A stretch of 63,852 nt of DNA, counting the filler, from Polymyxa betae A26-41 (lineage: Eukaryota; Protista; Endomyxa: Phytomyxea), in the NCBI GenBank assembly GCA_003693705.1. It is 4 parts of 4 records of this genome, joined end to end, with 100 filler letters (N's around TTAATTAATTAA, not from the genome) between each part and the next. Parts side by side here need not be neighbours in the genome. Positions count along the whole stretch, not along the records: positions 1 to 27,739 come from RBZT01000353.1; 3 more parts are not named here. One strand, given 5' to 3'. A model generated the notes under the pieces. That model saw nothing but the letters and a program-made list of their open reading frames with translations, was not told where the DNA came from and searched no databases. Below, piece by piece: positions 1-12,744 of this stretch. A program made the translations under genes and the position numbers. Each line of letters begins with the position of its first letter. Position 1 is the first letter of the stretch.

Positions 1-225
1 CGAGCGTCACGCAGTAACAGATGATGAGCGGATGACCAATTGAGTCCTCGAGTTGGATTATCCGAATATTTCAAGATTCTGTTCTTCTGTAACAACCTCG
101 TTTATAAATCGGTCAGAAAGCGTGCATAGCTGGGGAATCTACTTCAAGGGATTTCACCACGGCAATCATCGGCAGGGCGCGTGCCGGGAGCGCGCTCTGA
201 AATTTACGACAGCAGACATTTAGCG

Positions 226-1511
226 ATGATGCAGTCGATCCCAGCGTCCTTCATCTGCCCGATCACGGGATCTCTGATGAAGGACCCGGTCATCGATACC
301 AACGAGAAACACATACGAGCGATGGGCTATCGAGAACTGGATCGAAGAAAAGGGAACATCTCCGACGACACGCAAGGCGCTGACACGGTCCGATCTACGA
401 CCGAATCGGGGCCTCCAGGACGCCATACTGGCCCAGTGTCCACCATTCCATCCGCAGCTGTATGATCGCGACCTGCAGAGATTTCTGGTGCCGCAGGACG
501 ACTGGAAGTCCGACTTTGCCGTCCTTCGGTCACGTTTGTAATACACGGATTGACAAAGGCGAGCTTACAGAGTTCCATGACAGGGGGAGCAGTCAACCCT
601 AGCGCAACCCTCCTGCATAGATGTAACGGCAAGGAAATGCGCGTCAAGATCGTCGATACGTTGAACTCCGAACTGAGTGACAGCTGTCCGCAGGAGGACT
701 TCCTCCGCAGTCTCTACGATGTTCATGATGCGGCCTGCAAAGAGTCCGATGGAATCCAGGCGATCTTCTACTGCCTGAGCAACCCTGCTGTTGAAAGCAG
801 CAAACTAAAATGCTTGGCGAAGGTCTACGGCAAAGAGGTCGCCAGCCAGTACACGATCTTCGTCATGAATGTGAACGATCGTCTGTACCTGACGATGAAA
901 GATTGCGTGGATTGGGACAGCAGTATCATGAAGACCTATCAGGAATGCTTCCAGGAAAAGCTTCCGGAGGATCGCGTCTGCTTCGTTTCGCTCTCCAGCA
1001 ATGACAAGATTCGGTGTCTGAGACAGTTTGGCGATGCGCTCGTGACAATATCCTCCCGGGATCCGATCTACCTAAATCCGTGCACGCCGCCCACGCATTT
1101 GGTCGACGCTGTTGTTCGGGCTCGTTCCAATTTGATGCAAGGAATGGACGTGTTCAAGGAGGAGTTCGAGTTCCCGCCGTCTCCGAAATCGATGGCGCAA
1201 CTGCTACATGCAGTAACCGTATTCCGAAAGCATTGCAGCTAAAATTGGATCAGGACGAAAAGACGAAGGAAACGGTTGATTCACACAGGTTTCTGTGGAC
1301 GATCGGGAAAGTCATTTACGAGCCTTTACAGAAGACCGAGAAAAAATTCGAACTTGTCGAGGAATTCCGTGAACGTGTCGAAGTATTCCGTGAGCAATGC
1401 GAACATATCCGATTGGAATCGTTGGCGTTCTCTGATAAGATTTCCATTCCTGCTAAATCGTCAGCAGTCTCGGTCTGCTACAATATTTCCCACACGATTT
1501 CAACCCTTTGA
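226..1511 (+). pseudogene. U-box E3 ligase domain fused to a degenerate AIG1/GIMAP-like GTPase domain (copy 1), frameshifted
   Basis: IPASFICPITGSLMKDPVIDT continues after a frameshift near 310 as YERWAIENWIEEKGTSPTTRKALTRSDLRPN (U-box). Further frameshifts near 520 and 1215. GTPase-like part: VIHGLTKASL...KIVDTL...GIQAIFYCL...KVYGKEVASQYTIFV. Colinear with copy 2. Confidence 0.75.
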
Positions 1512-1515
1512 AAAC

Positions 1516-2898
1516 ATGGCATTCAGGGCCGCGGACTCTTCAATCGCGACGAATTCCAATCGGGCGGATTTATCGTTACAGGCAGCGGTTTCAATCGATT
1601 CGTCGAATACGGCTCCAGCAGCTGCAGATCCCGATTCTGCGCAACTTCCAGTCTCGGTGCAGCCCATTACGACACGTGCTACCGGACTACAGCCGGCGAT
1701 TCCAACGGAGTTCCTATGACCGATATCGAACCGGGTCATGCAGGACCCCGTCACCGCACCGGACGGCCGCAACTACGATCGCGACGCGATCCTGCTCTCA
1801 ATACACCGTGGCGAATTCTCGTTCCCGATCCCGGACTTGGTTCCGAATCCGGACTTGAAAGCACGGATTGGCGCGGCCCCTTTCCAGCCTCAAGTCTACA
1901 ACAAAGATCTGAGTACCTATCTTGGGCCGGATTACGACTAGAAGGCCGAAGTGATTCCACGGCAACAGCGTCGATCTGCCATGATTATTTTACACGGACT
2001 TTGCAATTCCGGAAAGTCGACGTTAACCCAACACCTGACCGGAGGCCGCCGGAACCCTAGCGGGACGGTCACTCCCAGACTGCATAGAATTCATACGAAT
2101 GGATTCGATCTGAAGGTGATCGATACGATCGGGATGGGCGGAGGCCACCGTGCCGCGGACATGGTCACGGGTCTCTTTGAAGCCCGAGATCTGGCCTACA
2201 GACAGCAGGAACCGCTGCAGGCCGTCTTCTTCATGATCGACAAAGACATTGATCAGGATCGCCTGGTGAAATACATGGCGCCATTAACATCGGTGTATGA
2301 GATGGACGTCCTCGTTCGTTCTACGTTCTTGTTAATCAATGGCGGCGAACGATAGCCATCGACCAGGCAACAGGTCCGGGATATCAGCTCCAAATGGGAC
2401 ACATTCATTGACGGATCCATTGTTGCTGGTTTTGTCCGTTACATCTCTCTCTCTAACGACGACTTGAATCGGTTGCCTGAGACAGTTCGGTGATGTGTTG
2501 ACGGAGACGGGCGCGCGGGATGGTTTTGTCTTGAAGCCGCGTCCTCCGCCGTTACCGGAGAAATTAGCATTGAGATTCCGGGAAGCGTTCGACTTGTTTC
2601 TGCAGCGGTCCGACCTGTCCAGAGACTGTTTCGAGGTCCCGCAACCAAAGACGATTCCGGAATTGCTGCAAGTCTTGGTGGTTTATCCCAAAGAAATCCT
2701 GGAACCGAACGATCAGAGAAAGAATGTCACTGGTGCTTTGATGAAAAAGGCCGAAGGAAAAAAATCGTTCAAATCTGGGGAATTTCGAAATTCCCAATTT
2801 TAATGCTCTCAGAATTTACTCAAGCTCTTGATGCTGCAAAGAAATTCGAAGAGCGGTGTAACGAAATGCGGATGAACATCCTGAAATTGCTCACGTAA
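1516..2898 (+). pseudogene. U-box + AIG1/GIMAP-like P-loop GTPase (copy 2), with in-frame stops and frameshifts
   Basis: One frame runs from ATG 1516 through IPTEFL*PISNRVMQDPVTAPDGRNYDR (U-box), the P-loop IILHGLCNSGKST and G3-like KVIDTIG. Stops at 1717 (TGA), 1939 (TAG) and 2353 (TAG); frameshift near 2470. The C-terminus matches copy 1 (CLRQFGD in both; PKTIPELL vs PKSMAQLL). Confidence 0.8.
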
Positions 2899-4187
2899 CA
2901 AGTCCCAGGGCCGTGCAGATTCTATTCATAAAAACACTTTGGCACCGAGTATATCATTGCCTCGCTCCGATATCCTCCCACAAAACAGAGGAATCTTTGC
3001 CCAGCCTTGATGGCGTCGTCTTGCTGAAGAGGAGGCATTCGATTGCCAAGGAAGATTCGGTCTTTTTTGCAATTGACGTAGTCACGGAGATCCTCAAGAT
3101 CGAGAACGGAATCAGGGGCAGTACGATTAGCGTGGCAGATTATCAACGCGACGACCTGCGGGCCCAACGAACCCAGTAGAGCGGACAGGACAGGGACCAG
3201 TACGTTCGGGTTGCCCAACTGATGGTTGGACACGACTAAAAGCCATCGCAAAACACCAAAGTGATCAGCTGATAGCAATATTGCCAGATATAGCTCTATG
3301 GACAGATGGCAGTCTCTGATGCAGCCTCTCAGACGAACGTGCAGCCGCCATTTATCCAAATATCGGGACAAGATACTCACAGACTCCGATGTCAGCTCAG
3401 GCCATCTTGTTCGTATCTGAGACTCCATTTCGCTTTGATTCTTGTTCTTGTGACATCAATTCCAGAAGCGATCCTAATCGACACCTTCAACCGATTAAAT
3501 CGGTTTCTCCAATTTTTTATCAAAATCCAAAGCGGCTTTTTACTCTGCCCTAACAGCTAACAACTTAACGATTGATTTAAATTAGAAACAATTGCAACAG
3601 AAGAAACTTTGAAAAAAGTTGCTGAAAGAACTGTCTGATATTGATATTTGATGAAGGAATGGTTCTGGGTTTTGTGTTCAAATCGCAGTGTCTCAAATAA
3701 ATCAAAAGGTCAGATAATCACAGCTGGTGTCACTGTAGCAAACTAGCAGAGTCGGCCTTGCTGTTGGATGTGACCGCCAAACCCTAACCCTATTAGGAAA
3801 GGGCAAACCATTCGCTGCCAATATCGACTTCAGTCTGCCCCTCTCACTCCATCAGTGCCACGTCAGTATCACAGCGAGCCGATCCTGCCGTGACGGAGTC
3901 CACAGCCCGCTCACGCGTCCAGCTGTCAATTTGAATTTTCCTTTAACCCATCTTCCAGATATTCGCTTGAAATTGAATCTATCAGATCTAACGTAGCGAA
4001 AGTTCTTGGTGATGACACATTGGTTAGGGTTTAGGTTTTGTAGTCACGTATCTGCCAACGAATCTGTATTGGAATCTTTTAATTTTGTCGCTTCGTTTTC
4101 CCACCGATTAAGCAATGTTTTTGATCGATTTTGTTCAACTGGTCGCCCCCATATAGGCGGATGAAATTGGACGCCTGAAAGGTCGAC

Positions 4188-5076
4188 TCACGCCAGAATC
4201 CGTTCATTTGTTAGCGGACAAAGCTTATTCAGAGACCTTTCTAGAGTGCGGAAATAAGTGCAGCCCGGCTCACAAGCCGTATTGCAGAGTCCGCGCCATT
4301 CGGGGTTCGACACCGCCTCTACAATCGCCGATTTGCAGCGTTTACAGAACGCCCGCTCATACAGCGTCGTCAGCTGAAAGATGTAGAGTTTCCAGGGCTG
4401 CTGCGCCCTATCCAGCATACTATATAGAGAGATCAGATAGAGCGGGATAGATAGCCCAGATAGTGTGCTCATACAATGGTTCGGACTTGAACCAAGGCTG
4501 TTGTATAGCCCAGGAGGCCAAGCGGCAGCACAATTCCAGATCGAGGCGATTCTCGAACGCGATCCGCAGCAACAGCACGTCATAGGGTAACAGCAGCGCC
4601 AGGTTACGGCACGTTTCACGCATCCCGTCGCATTTATAGCGCTCGCAGATCACCAGCATGTCGTACAGGACCTCGGTGCTGAATCGCCGCCCACGGACTT
4701 CGTACACCCAATCGAGAAAGAGCCGAAACCGCCCGGCGTCGTCGTCGATCACGATCTTCGACGTGACTTCGGTCTCGAGGTCGGGCGGGCTGGCACGACG
4801 CCGACCCTCCCGGAACAGCTGGCGAAAGAACGCCGATCGCGTGGCCAGCACGACCTTGTGGACGCGGAATCGATCGGGGTCGTCGCGACCGACGTTCACC
4901 TCGATGAGGACGTCGCCGTCGTCGTACCAGTGCTGCGGGCCCAGGTCGGGATCCGAACCCACGGAATGCATATGGTTGGGGGGTGGGGCCAACACGACCC
5001 TGAACGAGATTGATGTCGAATGAATGGCTTCGGAGGGTGGAATTTCGTCTGGAGGCCACGCACACGCCCGATCCAT
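4188..5076 (-). pseudogene. BTB/POZ-domain protein, one frameshift near 4425
   Basis: WYDDGDVLIEV...FRVHKVVLATRSAFFRQLF...FRLFLDWVY is a BTB signature. The C-terminus (QPWKLYIFQL...CKRCK...NPEW) continues in another frame and aligns with the paralog at 13333-13641. Confidence 0.8.
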
Positions 5077-6877
5077 GGATGGCGTGTTGTTTCATCCAGG
5101 TTGAAAAGTTTTGGGAAATTTCAGATTGTAGAAATGAGAAATGATGTGCACCAGCAGAACTTGCATTTCAGCCTTTTGTTTCCGTGGGCAACTTTTCTAG
5201 GGTTAGGGTTTGCTGGAAGTGCAGAGAGTCGATATCAAGGGGCAAAATAGGATATCCAAATCTCAAATACAGAGCAGAGCTGTCCTCACAAAATCTGAAT
5301 ATATGTTAATATCGTCGTTAAACACGGGCCGTACTAGATCATCGATGATCGCATAGACTCTGGAGGGACTTAGGGTTTCGCAGCCTTTGCAGGGTGCAAA
5401 CCGAGTAGTAGCCTTAGAACTGGAACAGCGCGTCTCGGAAGCACTGAGCATGGCCGTCATCATCGCATCGCCTTTGCAGCATTCCGGAATCCCTGACAGC
5501 AACACCCGAGGTGTCAATACGATGGCAGGAAACTTCAAGCAGAGAGAGAATCTGCAAATGACAAAGACGGCGCTGCGCAGCCTGTCGGGTTGCGCTGACA
5601 GGCAGCAGCATCCTCCAGTCGAAAGAATTTGCCCAAAAACCGCGCATGTGTTTTTGCGCAAAAAACTCCCTTTCCTTGAAAAAGTTGAATTTCCTAGAAA
5701 TGCGCAACGTCAGAGCCTGCGCAGTCTTTTGTGCTCACGCCCAGCGAATATCAACGGCAACTTGTTTCTCAAGCCCGAAATCTTCAAATTTGGAGCGCAT
5801 CGGTCAGATTCCATAAATGCCGGACGTGTTATCATAAAAATTTTTGAGTATCGGTCGAAAGTGCGCCAATTTTCTCTGACGTGACTCCCCACTGTTCGGA
5901 TATTCAAACTGTTTTGCAATTGTCGCAACTGCGGCAAGTATCAAGTGGCGCAGTTTTATATCATATTTAGTGCTGGAGCCACCCGACAATCTCGCCCTCG
6001 CTTAGATTTCTTAGATTTTGTCAAGAGAGGGAAGGTCAGTGTGCTCCTACCTGTAATGGGGCCTCGCTGGGTTTCCAGCCGACAATCAAGGATCAGCTCG
6101 AGAAGCAGAAGCAAGCGAAGACGGTTGCTGGGAATAGTCGCCATGGCAACGGAGGCTCGCGAACCCGAAGTTGGCCATTCTAGTCTATAAAAAGTGACTG
6201 CTATAGCGTATCCAGCTATTAAAAGGTCTGATTATGTCATTTTTTCATTATTTTTTTAAGATGGTAAAGAATATCGGGAATGGTGATTCCGCTCTTGATC
6301 ATTGACATTATGTCATCTATCCAGTGAATGCTGCGCGTTTGTTCTGTTATTCGAGAGATCGTCTTTAACCCATTGCTGCAACGTTCTTCGGGGGATATTT
6401 ATCCCTAGCTCTTCCGCGACTGCCAAATGCTTTCGTAATCTCGATGGCTTGAGGAAGGTTTGCACAAAATCCAAAACGTCCTTGTCAGGCATTGCAGCCG
6501 TGAAACCTCAGGGTAACTCTTCATGCGAAACTACGAAAATTCGACTCAAAATCACTCTCTATAGTGTATAGGGTTGCGCCACTCTGTAAGTTGTCACAAA
6601 CAGCGTCACAACATTCATAGTTCCTGTCACCCTATTGTGACTCCTCTACTAGCGCATGTCGTATTCCGAAAATGCCTGAATTAGGGTTTCATTATATGCG
6701 ACCCACCCAATCAATCGTTTTGCTGGAACCCAAAGTGAAACCCTAAGCCAGTGGTCGAAGGCCCCGTCACACTTGGCTCGGGCGCAGCCCTTGGGTGGAC
6801 GGAAACGAATCTCCAGCTCGTCCCCCCCTTCTCATACTTCTTCGCCAGCTGATGAGATCGGGCGCTCTCCCTTCTCC

Positions 6878-7765
6878 ATGATCGCCTCGACGCACGAGCT
6901 CCTGATCACCGCCCTGTTAACGATCCTCTCCATCACGATCCTCATCTTCAGCGGTCTCCAATACCACAGCTACAATCCGAAAGCCACGAAATGGAACCTG
7001 CTGAACCTGTTCTCCGCCTTCATCATGCTGTTAACGGCCGGCTCTCTCATCCCGCAATACTTCCTCTTGGGGCGTACTGCCCACGAATGCTGCCTGCTCC
7101 ATCACTTCGCCGGCACCATCACCATCGTCACCGTCGTCCTCACCAAAGTCTTCTTCCTGGCTCGCTCCAGCCAGGTCCTATCGTCGGGTCGCGCCCTCAA
7201 TCGCCTCGACCTGATTCTCTACTCGCTCTTGCTCTTTCACATCTGCTATTGCATCGTTTTCTTCAACCTGAACGTGAAAACGGCGGTCGTACCGCCCCAG
7301 AACCTATGTCTGGTCGAGCTCGATACGGATATGTTCGCGGCCTTGGGCGTCCTTGTCCCGAAGGTGTTGGAATGCGTGATAAACGTGAGGTTTATTTCGC
7401 ATATTTTCGTGACGACGCAGACGGCGTCGAAGGCGACGGGCGGGAATCATTCGCGAGCGCCGCGACGCCTGATCATCGTGACGTGCGCGATCAGCGCGAT
7501 CAGCATGATCGTGTCGTTGACGTTGCTGCTGTGGATTACGGAGACGTTGCGGATTCCGGATCGATCGTTGATGACGCCTTTGATCGCCTTCTGGCAGGTG
7601 TTCGAAGTTTGTGCGACGGCTTGGCCCACGATCATCATTCGAGTGTTGAAGATGGTCAGCGCGGAAGCCGATCCGAATCCAGCCACACGACGACGAACCC
7701 TAACCCGGGTTCACGATGTCCTTGTCAATGCTTTTGTGGTTTCTCATTCCACAGCTATATCTTGA
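6878..7765 (+). CDS. Intronless 7-transmembrane GPCR-like protein (paralog 1)
   Basis: Seven hydrophobic segments, Cys at the top of TM3 (HECCLLHHFAG), Cys in ECL2 (NLCLVELD) and Arg at the end of TM3. Clear paralog of 10538-11365. First ATG is at 6878. Confidence 0.8.
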   Translation: MIASTHELLITALLTILSITILIFSGLQYHSYNPKATKWNLLNLFSAFIMLLTAGSLIPQYFLLGRTAHECCLLHHFAGTITIVTVVLTKVFFLARSSQVLSSGRALNRLDLILYSLLLFHICYCIVFFNLNVKTAVVPPQNLCLVELDTDMFAALGVLVPKVLECVINVRFISHIFVTTQTASKATGGNHSRAPRRLIIVTCAISAISMIVSLTLLLWITETLRIPDRSLMTPLIAFWQVFEVCATAWPTIIIRVLKMVSAEADPNPATRRRTLTRVHDVLVNAFVVSHSTAIS

Positions 7766-10537
7766 CATCAGGCCAGATTCGGATGCAAAACGATACGAGA
7801 AATGGTGAATAAATTGTATAAAACGCAGTGGTCGGGAAAGAATAATTTCTGGTCAGGAATTATTTTTATTCCCTCCTGAGAATGATGTATTTTTGAGTTT
7901 ACCAATGGTGATTTAATCCGGGAAGGTTGTTCAATAAAAGGAGCTAGTCATGGATATGGATGGAATAATTTTCAGATCTATTCGTAATCGGACACTGTTA
8001 GATCGGAGTGGAAATATATAGGTAGAGACAGGTTGAGCGGAAGGAGATAGATGTGTGATTCCACGGCAAAATTTCGTCCTTCAAAGTGTCAAAGACACAG
8101 AAAGGTGAATCGAATGAGACGTTCCAAGTGTATTCGACAATTAGAATGAATAAACAAAAGGAGAAAGAGTCACAGGAGCGCAATCAAATTTGTAGCTGCT
8201 GGTTGTACTGGGCGTCGTATCCCCGACACGTCATTCATGACGCCGATCTTGGCTTTCGACCTGGAATTCGAAGCGTTTTGCGCCCATTATTCGGTTCCTG
8301 AAACAGCGTAGGTCGAGCGACGGGTGAAGGCAGTACGACCGACGCATGGAGGAGCTATCACTGGCGGCGGACAGATCGATGTGGAGAAGACTCCGGGTGG
8401 CGGCTGGGAGGGATAGATACCAGCGATATTGAACTACAGAAGATTGGAGATTGTTGAAAACCCTAAACCCTATCATGTTTGACGCTCTGTTATTCAACAG
8501 AAGCTTGAATGCAATCGCACAATAAAATCTTTGCTTCGATACAACTCTCGTTCTTCCGGACTTGACTGATTGATAGAAATGAAATCGATTTTGCTTGATG
8601 TAAATCACAATCAGACCTTTTCAGTTATTCGAACCCGAAATTCAGTTACGTTGGATTCGTATTTCGGTCAAGTTCTTCGATATTGTTCTGTAGCACGCTT
8701 ATAAGAAGGACTTTAGAACCAAATCGGATCCATAGGGTTTCATAGACATTGCTGTATCAACGAACCCTGTATATGGAAACACCGTGCTGATCCATGAAGC
8801 TGCCGAGAGCATCTCCTTAGAAAGACCCAACCAGGGCTCTATCGTGAAACGATTGTGGTGAGCGATTCATTTCTTTCGCACGGTTTGAGAGTCTTCCGTA
8901 GGCATGTAACGGAAAACTAGGTAACGCTACGTCAGATTTTCAATGGAGCAGTAGACGCCTGAAAAAGTTTGCAATGTTACCGAATCCTTCGATTGCTGTT
9001 ACAGAATTCGTGTTACATCGAGTCATCAAGACGACAGCGGGGACTTAAGGTTAGGGTTAGGGTTTAATCTGTTACAGTCGCCTGTCCAACTCGCTTCGAA
9101 AAGCGTATTCGGAAAAGCTCTTAACAATACTCCTCCTCGCAACAGCATTCAGTGTCGTACTAGCCCAGCATCACACTTGTAGGGTTTAAGTGATCTCTTC
9201 TAACAAATTTTGTATTGCCGAGTTGAACCCGCTTGCAGCGTCCACGCTCGGGTTTTCGATGCCAGGAATTTTGTGATTCTGTAATCAGTATTGGATTTAT
9301 ATGGAGTTATGTTACGTCGACAAGCATGACAGGGAATTTTTATGTTACCTCGACCAGCAAGACAGGGAATTGATGACGGAGTTCGACGTCTCCATATCGT
9401 TACCAGCATCATGTACGAGGCTTTGTTTCTTTTGTGCGTCGTACAGCATACAGATTTGATTTACGAAAACAATGATCTCGTTCTCGCAGGTCTTCTACGC
9501 TTGTTCGGCAGCTTGGCCAGGCATTGAACACTGTAAGTGATGAGCATCGTAGAAATTAACCATTCCGCCGCTGTGACAGCGCAGCTGTTCGTGAGTCAAA
9601 TCATGACTCGGGGATGCTTCCTCTGACGATAATACGGTTGAAATGTGAAAAGAGATACTTTAGAAAAATCAATATTTGGTCTAAAAGTGATCTAAAACCC
9701 TCGCCAGCCCAGTAGCCCTTGTCAGATCGGTATAGAGAACTTGATTGGATGAACTGTATGTCTAAAATGTTACGGTTTGTTGAATAAACAGCCAAATTCT
9801 ATCTGAATTAGAGTTTGAAGAATCAATCGCCGGCCTTCTACTCAATTTCAAGCTGAAATATATTCAGGTCCTCGTTTCGCAGTCCAGTATTGGCTGCAAC
9901 GGAAATATTCTATCCCATTTGACCCCGGCAGAATTATAGTTTTTTATCCATGGCAGATGATGCAGCGCTTATTGTCACTGTTGCTGGTCATGATCAAGCT
10001 TTAAGAAATAGTCCGACACAGCTGAGCTCACGCTATCCGGAACAGAGTCGCTCACCATACAAATATTCGGGGCTTTCTTACACACGCTCCGGACCCAGAA
10101 ACCGAGACAGTGATAACACCATATAAAAACAGTTCGTTCAGTAAACAGGCGATCCGCTGAAAGCAAAACCAATAGCAAAATAATGGATTGGTTTGATAGA
10201 ATATCATGAGAGAGGACATCAGGTCCAAGATCTGTACCGATCGACGGCACAGCTGTCAGAATCGCCTTACAATGCTCCAGCCGTAGGAGGCCGCAATCAA
10301 TTCGAAACGTTTGACTGTTCCATGGACCAGTACGGACGATGAATCCAGCTACACATTTCTATCAATATGAAGAAGCAGATTTTAGATCGATTTCTCTCAA
10401 GATTCTTCCTTTGGCCTCACAATTTTTCGAAAAAAAAAAATATTTTTTTTTGGACGAAGGACGTACTCGAAGATATTCAAACGTAAGAGGCGGTGATCCA
10501 TTGATATCAGTAAGCTATAGACGGCCTGTACCCAGCG

Positions 10538-11365
10538 ATGTCCGAAGCCGGGAACGAGATCGTCATCATCCACGCACTCATCGTGGTCGTACTCGCCACG
10601 CTGATCGCCTTCCTCTCGATTCAATATCAGCAGTATAATCCGAAGGCCACGGCCTGGAACGCCTTGAACGCCTTCGCGGTTTTCACGATCGTGTTGACAT
10701 TGGGCGCGCTGATTCCGCAATATTTCATTATCGGCCGCTCTCCTACAGAATGCAGCCTTCTCCATCACTTCGCCGGATCGTTCGCCGTCCTCACCGAAGC
10801 CCTCTCCCAGACCTTCTTCCTCTGCCGATCGAATCAGGTCGGATCGCACAATCGCCTCGGAAAAGCGTTCGGAAACGCGATTCTCATCACGATCGTTATC
10901 AGCACCGTTCTCAGCCTGATCTTCCTCAATCTCACCATGAAAACTTCCGTGATTCCGACCTCTCAAATCTGCGTCGTCGAGCTCGACATCGTCGTCCTGG
11001 GCCTGTTCGGGATCCTGATTCCGAAGACCTGCAAAATCCTAATCAACATTCGGTTCGCGTGGAACATCGTGGCGACGACGAAATCGACGGAGAGCGGCCA
11101 CGATTCGCATTGGAAGGGTCCGAGACGTCTGCTGATCGTCACGTTCGTGATGTGTTTCGCGACGTTGATCGTGTCGTTGACGGAAGTGGTGCTACTGAGC
11201 GGAGCGATGATCAAGTTGGATCCGTGGATGATGACAACGTTGATCGCGTTCACGCAGGTCTTTGAGACGTGTTCGATGGCGTGGCCCGCCATTATTATTC
11301 GAGTGTTAAAGTGCGTGAGAAGCAGACCGCGGACTTTAACAACACCGTCACCGGCAACATTCTGA
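10538..11365 (+). CDS. Intronless 7-transmembrane GPCR-like protein (paralog 2)
   Basis: 275-aa open ORF with 7 hydrophobic helices. Shares YNPKATxWN, LIPQYF, LLHHFAG, CxVELD, PRRL, QVFE and AWPxIIIRVLK with paralog 1. Confidence 0.8.
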   Translation: MSEAGNEIVIIHALIVVVLATLIAFLSIQYQQYNPKATAWNALNAFAVFTIVLTLGALIPQYFIIGRSPTECSLLHHFAGSFAVLTEALSQTFFLCRSNQVGSHNRLGKAFGNAILITIVISTVLSLIFLNLTMKTSVIPTSQICVVELDIVVLGLFGILIPKTCKILINIRFAWNIVATTKSTESGHDSHWKGPRRLLIVTFVMCFATLIVSLTEVVLLSGAMIKLDPWMMTTLIAFTQVFETCSMAWPAIIIRVLKCVRSRPRTLTTPSPATF

Positions 11366-11406
11366 ATCGTCACGTTCCAGACGTAACATCATTTGAAACA
11401 TAATTT

Positions 11407-11832
11407 CTAATTATAATCGAAAAACCATAAAGAGATGTAACACAAAGTCGTTTTGAAATGCAGAGGGGTTAGGGTTTTAGGTTTGTGATAGATCCAATCA
11501 AGAAGGAATCGAAAGTAATCAGGATCCTCATCTCCAATGTTAACATTACAGACACCATCTTCTGCTATGTTTTCGGCCCATTTCGAGTCCTCTTTGAACA
11601 TGTTCTTGAAAAATTGCGAGCATAATGATAGCATAAATTTATGGAATCGAAATCGCTGCCCGGGTTTATCTTTATCCTTACTGGGAACTTCGACAATAAC
11701 ATCCCCATCTTCATACCAATAATCTTCAGATGGAATCATGTCAAGCTTCATTCTTTTCCTTGGATTCTCGGCTGTCTCTTCGTTCGAGGTTCGATCAGGA
11801 GATTCGTCTTGGTCTTCGCTTGAAACTGTCAT
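11407..11832 (-). pseudogene. 3'-truncated BTB/POZ gene, inverted duplicate of 12745-13641
   Basis: Near-identical N-terminus (ENPRKRMKLD...YWYEDGDVIVEVPSK...FRFLLDWIYHKP). Homology ends abruptly at about 11481, at a telomere-like repeat. Confidence 0.85.
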
Positions 11833-12204
11833 TGGAGTGCTTCAGGCCACCAGCGGAGATGATGAGCGGTCGATGCTTCAGGAAGCTGGCGGGAGTCGCT
11901 GTTCGTATCAAGGAAGTGAGATCGCTGATTCGACCGAGCAAGAAACGCAGTCTTGACTGAGATGAGTGAGCAGAAAAAGTTGCGCACGTGCGCAAAATAT
12001 GATTTTTTCGCTATTTGATGTAGTTTTTTAAAATGTTGGTCAGGTTCAACCTTTGCCTCGTTTTCTTGGATTCGATTACAGTTCACCAAGATCGCCCGAG
12101 CCAACGAATCTGTGTATGATCGAACACAAAATATTTGTGTTGAAGAAGATGCTGAGTCCGAATTAGCCTGCCCATCATCGTTTATTAAGGCCATAGGATA
12201 TAGT

Positions 12205-12575
12205 ATCACATTTTGGAATCGAAAAATCCGATTCCGGTTTCTTCGGGATTTGACATGTGTGGGAGCTAAGCAATCATCAAAGCTTCTTTCCGAAGATGGC
12301 TGAAAAAACGACGTTGCATGGCAACGGATGGATGTCGCTAGCCTGCTGTGGCGGCCCGTCAACGAGGCGATGGAGAAGGTGAACGGATGGGGGAAGCTGA
12401 GGGTAAAGAGCGTCGGACATCACCAATAAAAACGACAGCCTTAGAACGCAGAATAGGACGAAGCAGCGATGGGTATAATGGAATATGACAGACAATGCGC
12501 GATGGCAATCACTTTCAAACCATCAACTTTCGTTTCGGGAATCAACCTGTCCATGATGAAATGCGAGCCGTAGAC
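12205..12575 (+). repeat. Upstream segment duplicated at about 14345-14620 (tandem duplication unit of the BTB family)
   Basis: Shared blocks ttggaatcgaaaaa, tttcttcgggatttga, aaagcttctttccgaagatggctg, gtcaacgaggcgatggaga and atcaacctgtccatgatgaaatg. Each copy lies upstream of a + strand BTB gene or remnant. Confidence 0.85.
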
Positions 12576-12744
12576 TTTTGACAGGTTGAATCAGACGGAC
12601 GGAGCTTTTTGAAAAAAACTCAAACAGTGCGTAAGTGCGCAAAGTTTTGTCAGCACGCACATATCAGGCAGGGCTGCACGGTCGAATCAGCTGTCTCTCC
12701 TTCGATACGAAGAGGGACGTCCCTCCGCTGTTTCGTGACCCTTA

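Noticed and set aside
1717-1719. TGA at the conserved U-box Cys, suggesting selenocysteine or an alternative genetic code
   Set aside because: The same gene has TAG at a Trp position and frameshifts, while the conserved genes use the standard code. Ordinary decay is simpler.
3720-3926. Possible MITE bounded by ACAGCTGG/CCAGCTGT
   Set aside because: Only an 8-bp inverted repeat, no clear TSD and no second copy in the window.
5263-6144. Fragmented - strand ORFs with a hydrophobic start
   Set aside because: No recognisable domain or paralog, so a call cannot be supported.
6991-7812. 273-aa alternative-frame ORF over the 7TM gene (and similar shadow ORFs elsewhere)
   Set aside because: Arg/His-rich shadow frame expected from GC-rich third positions.
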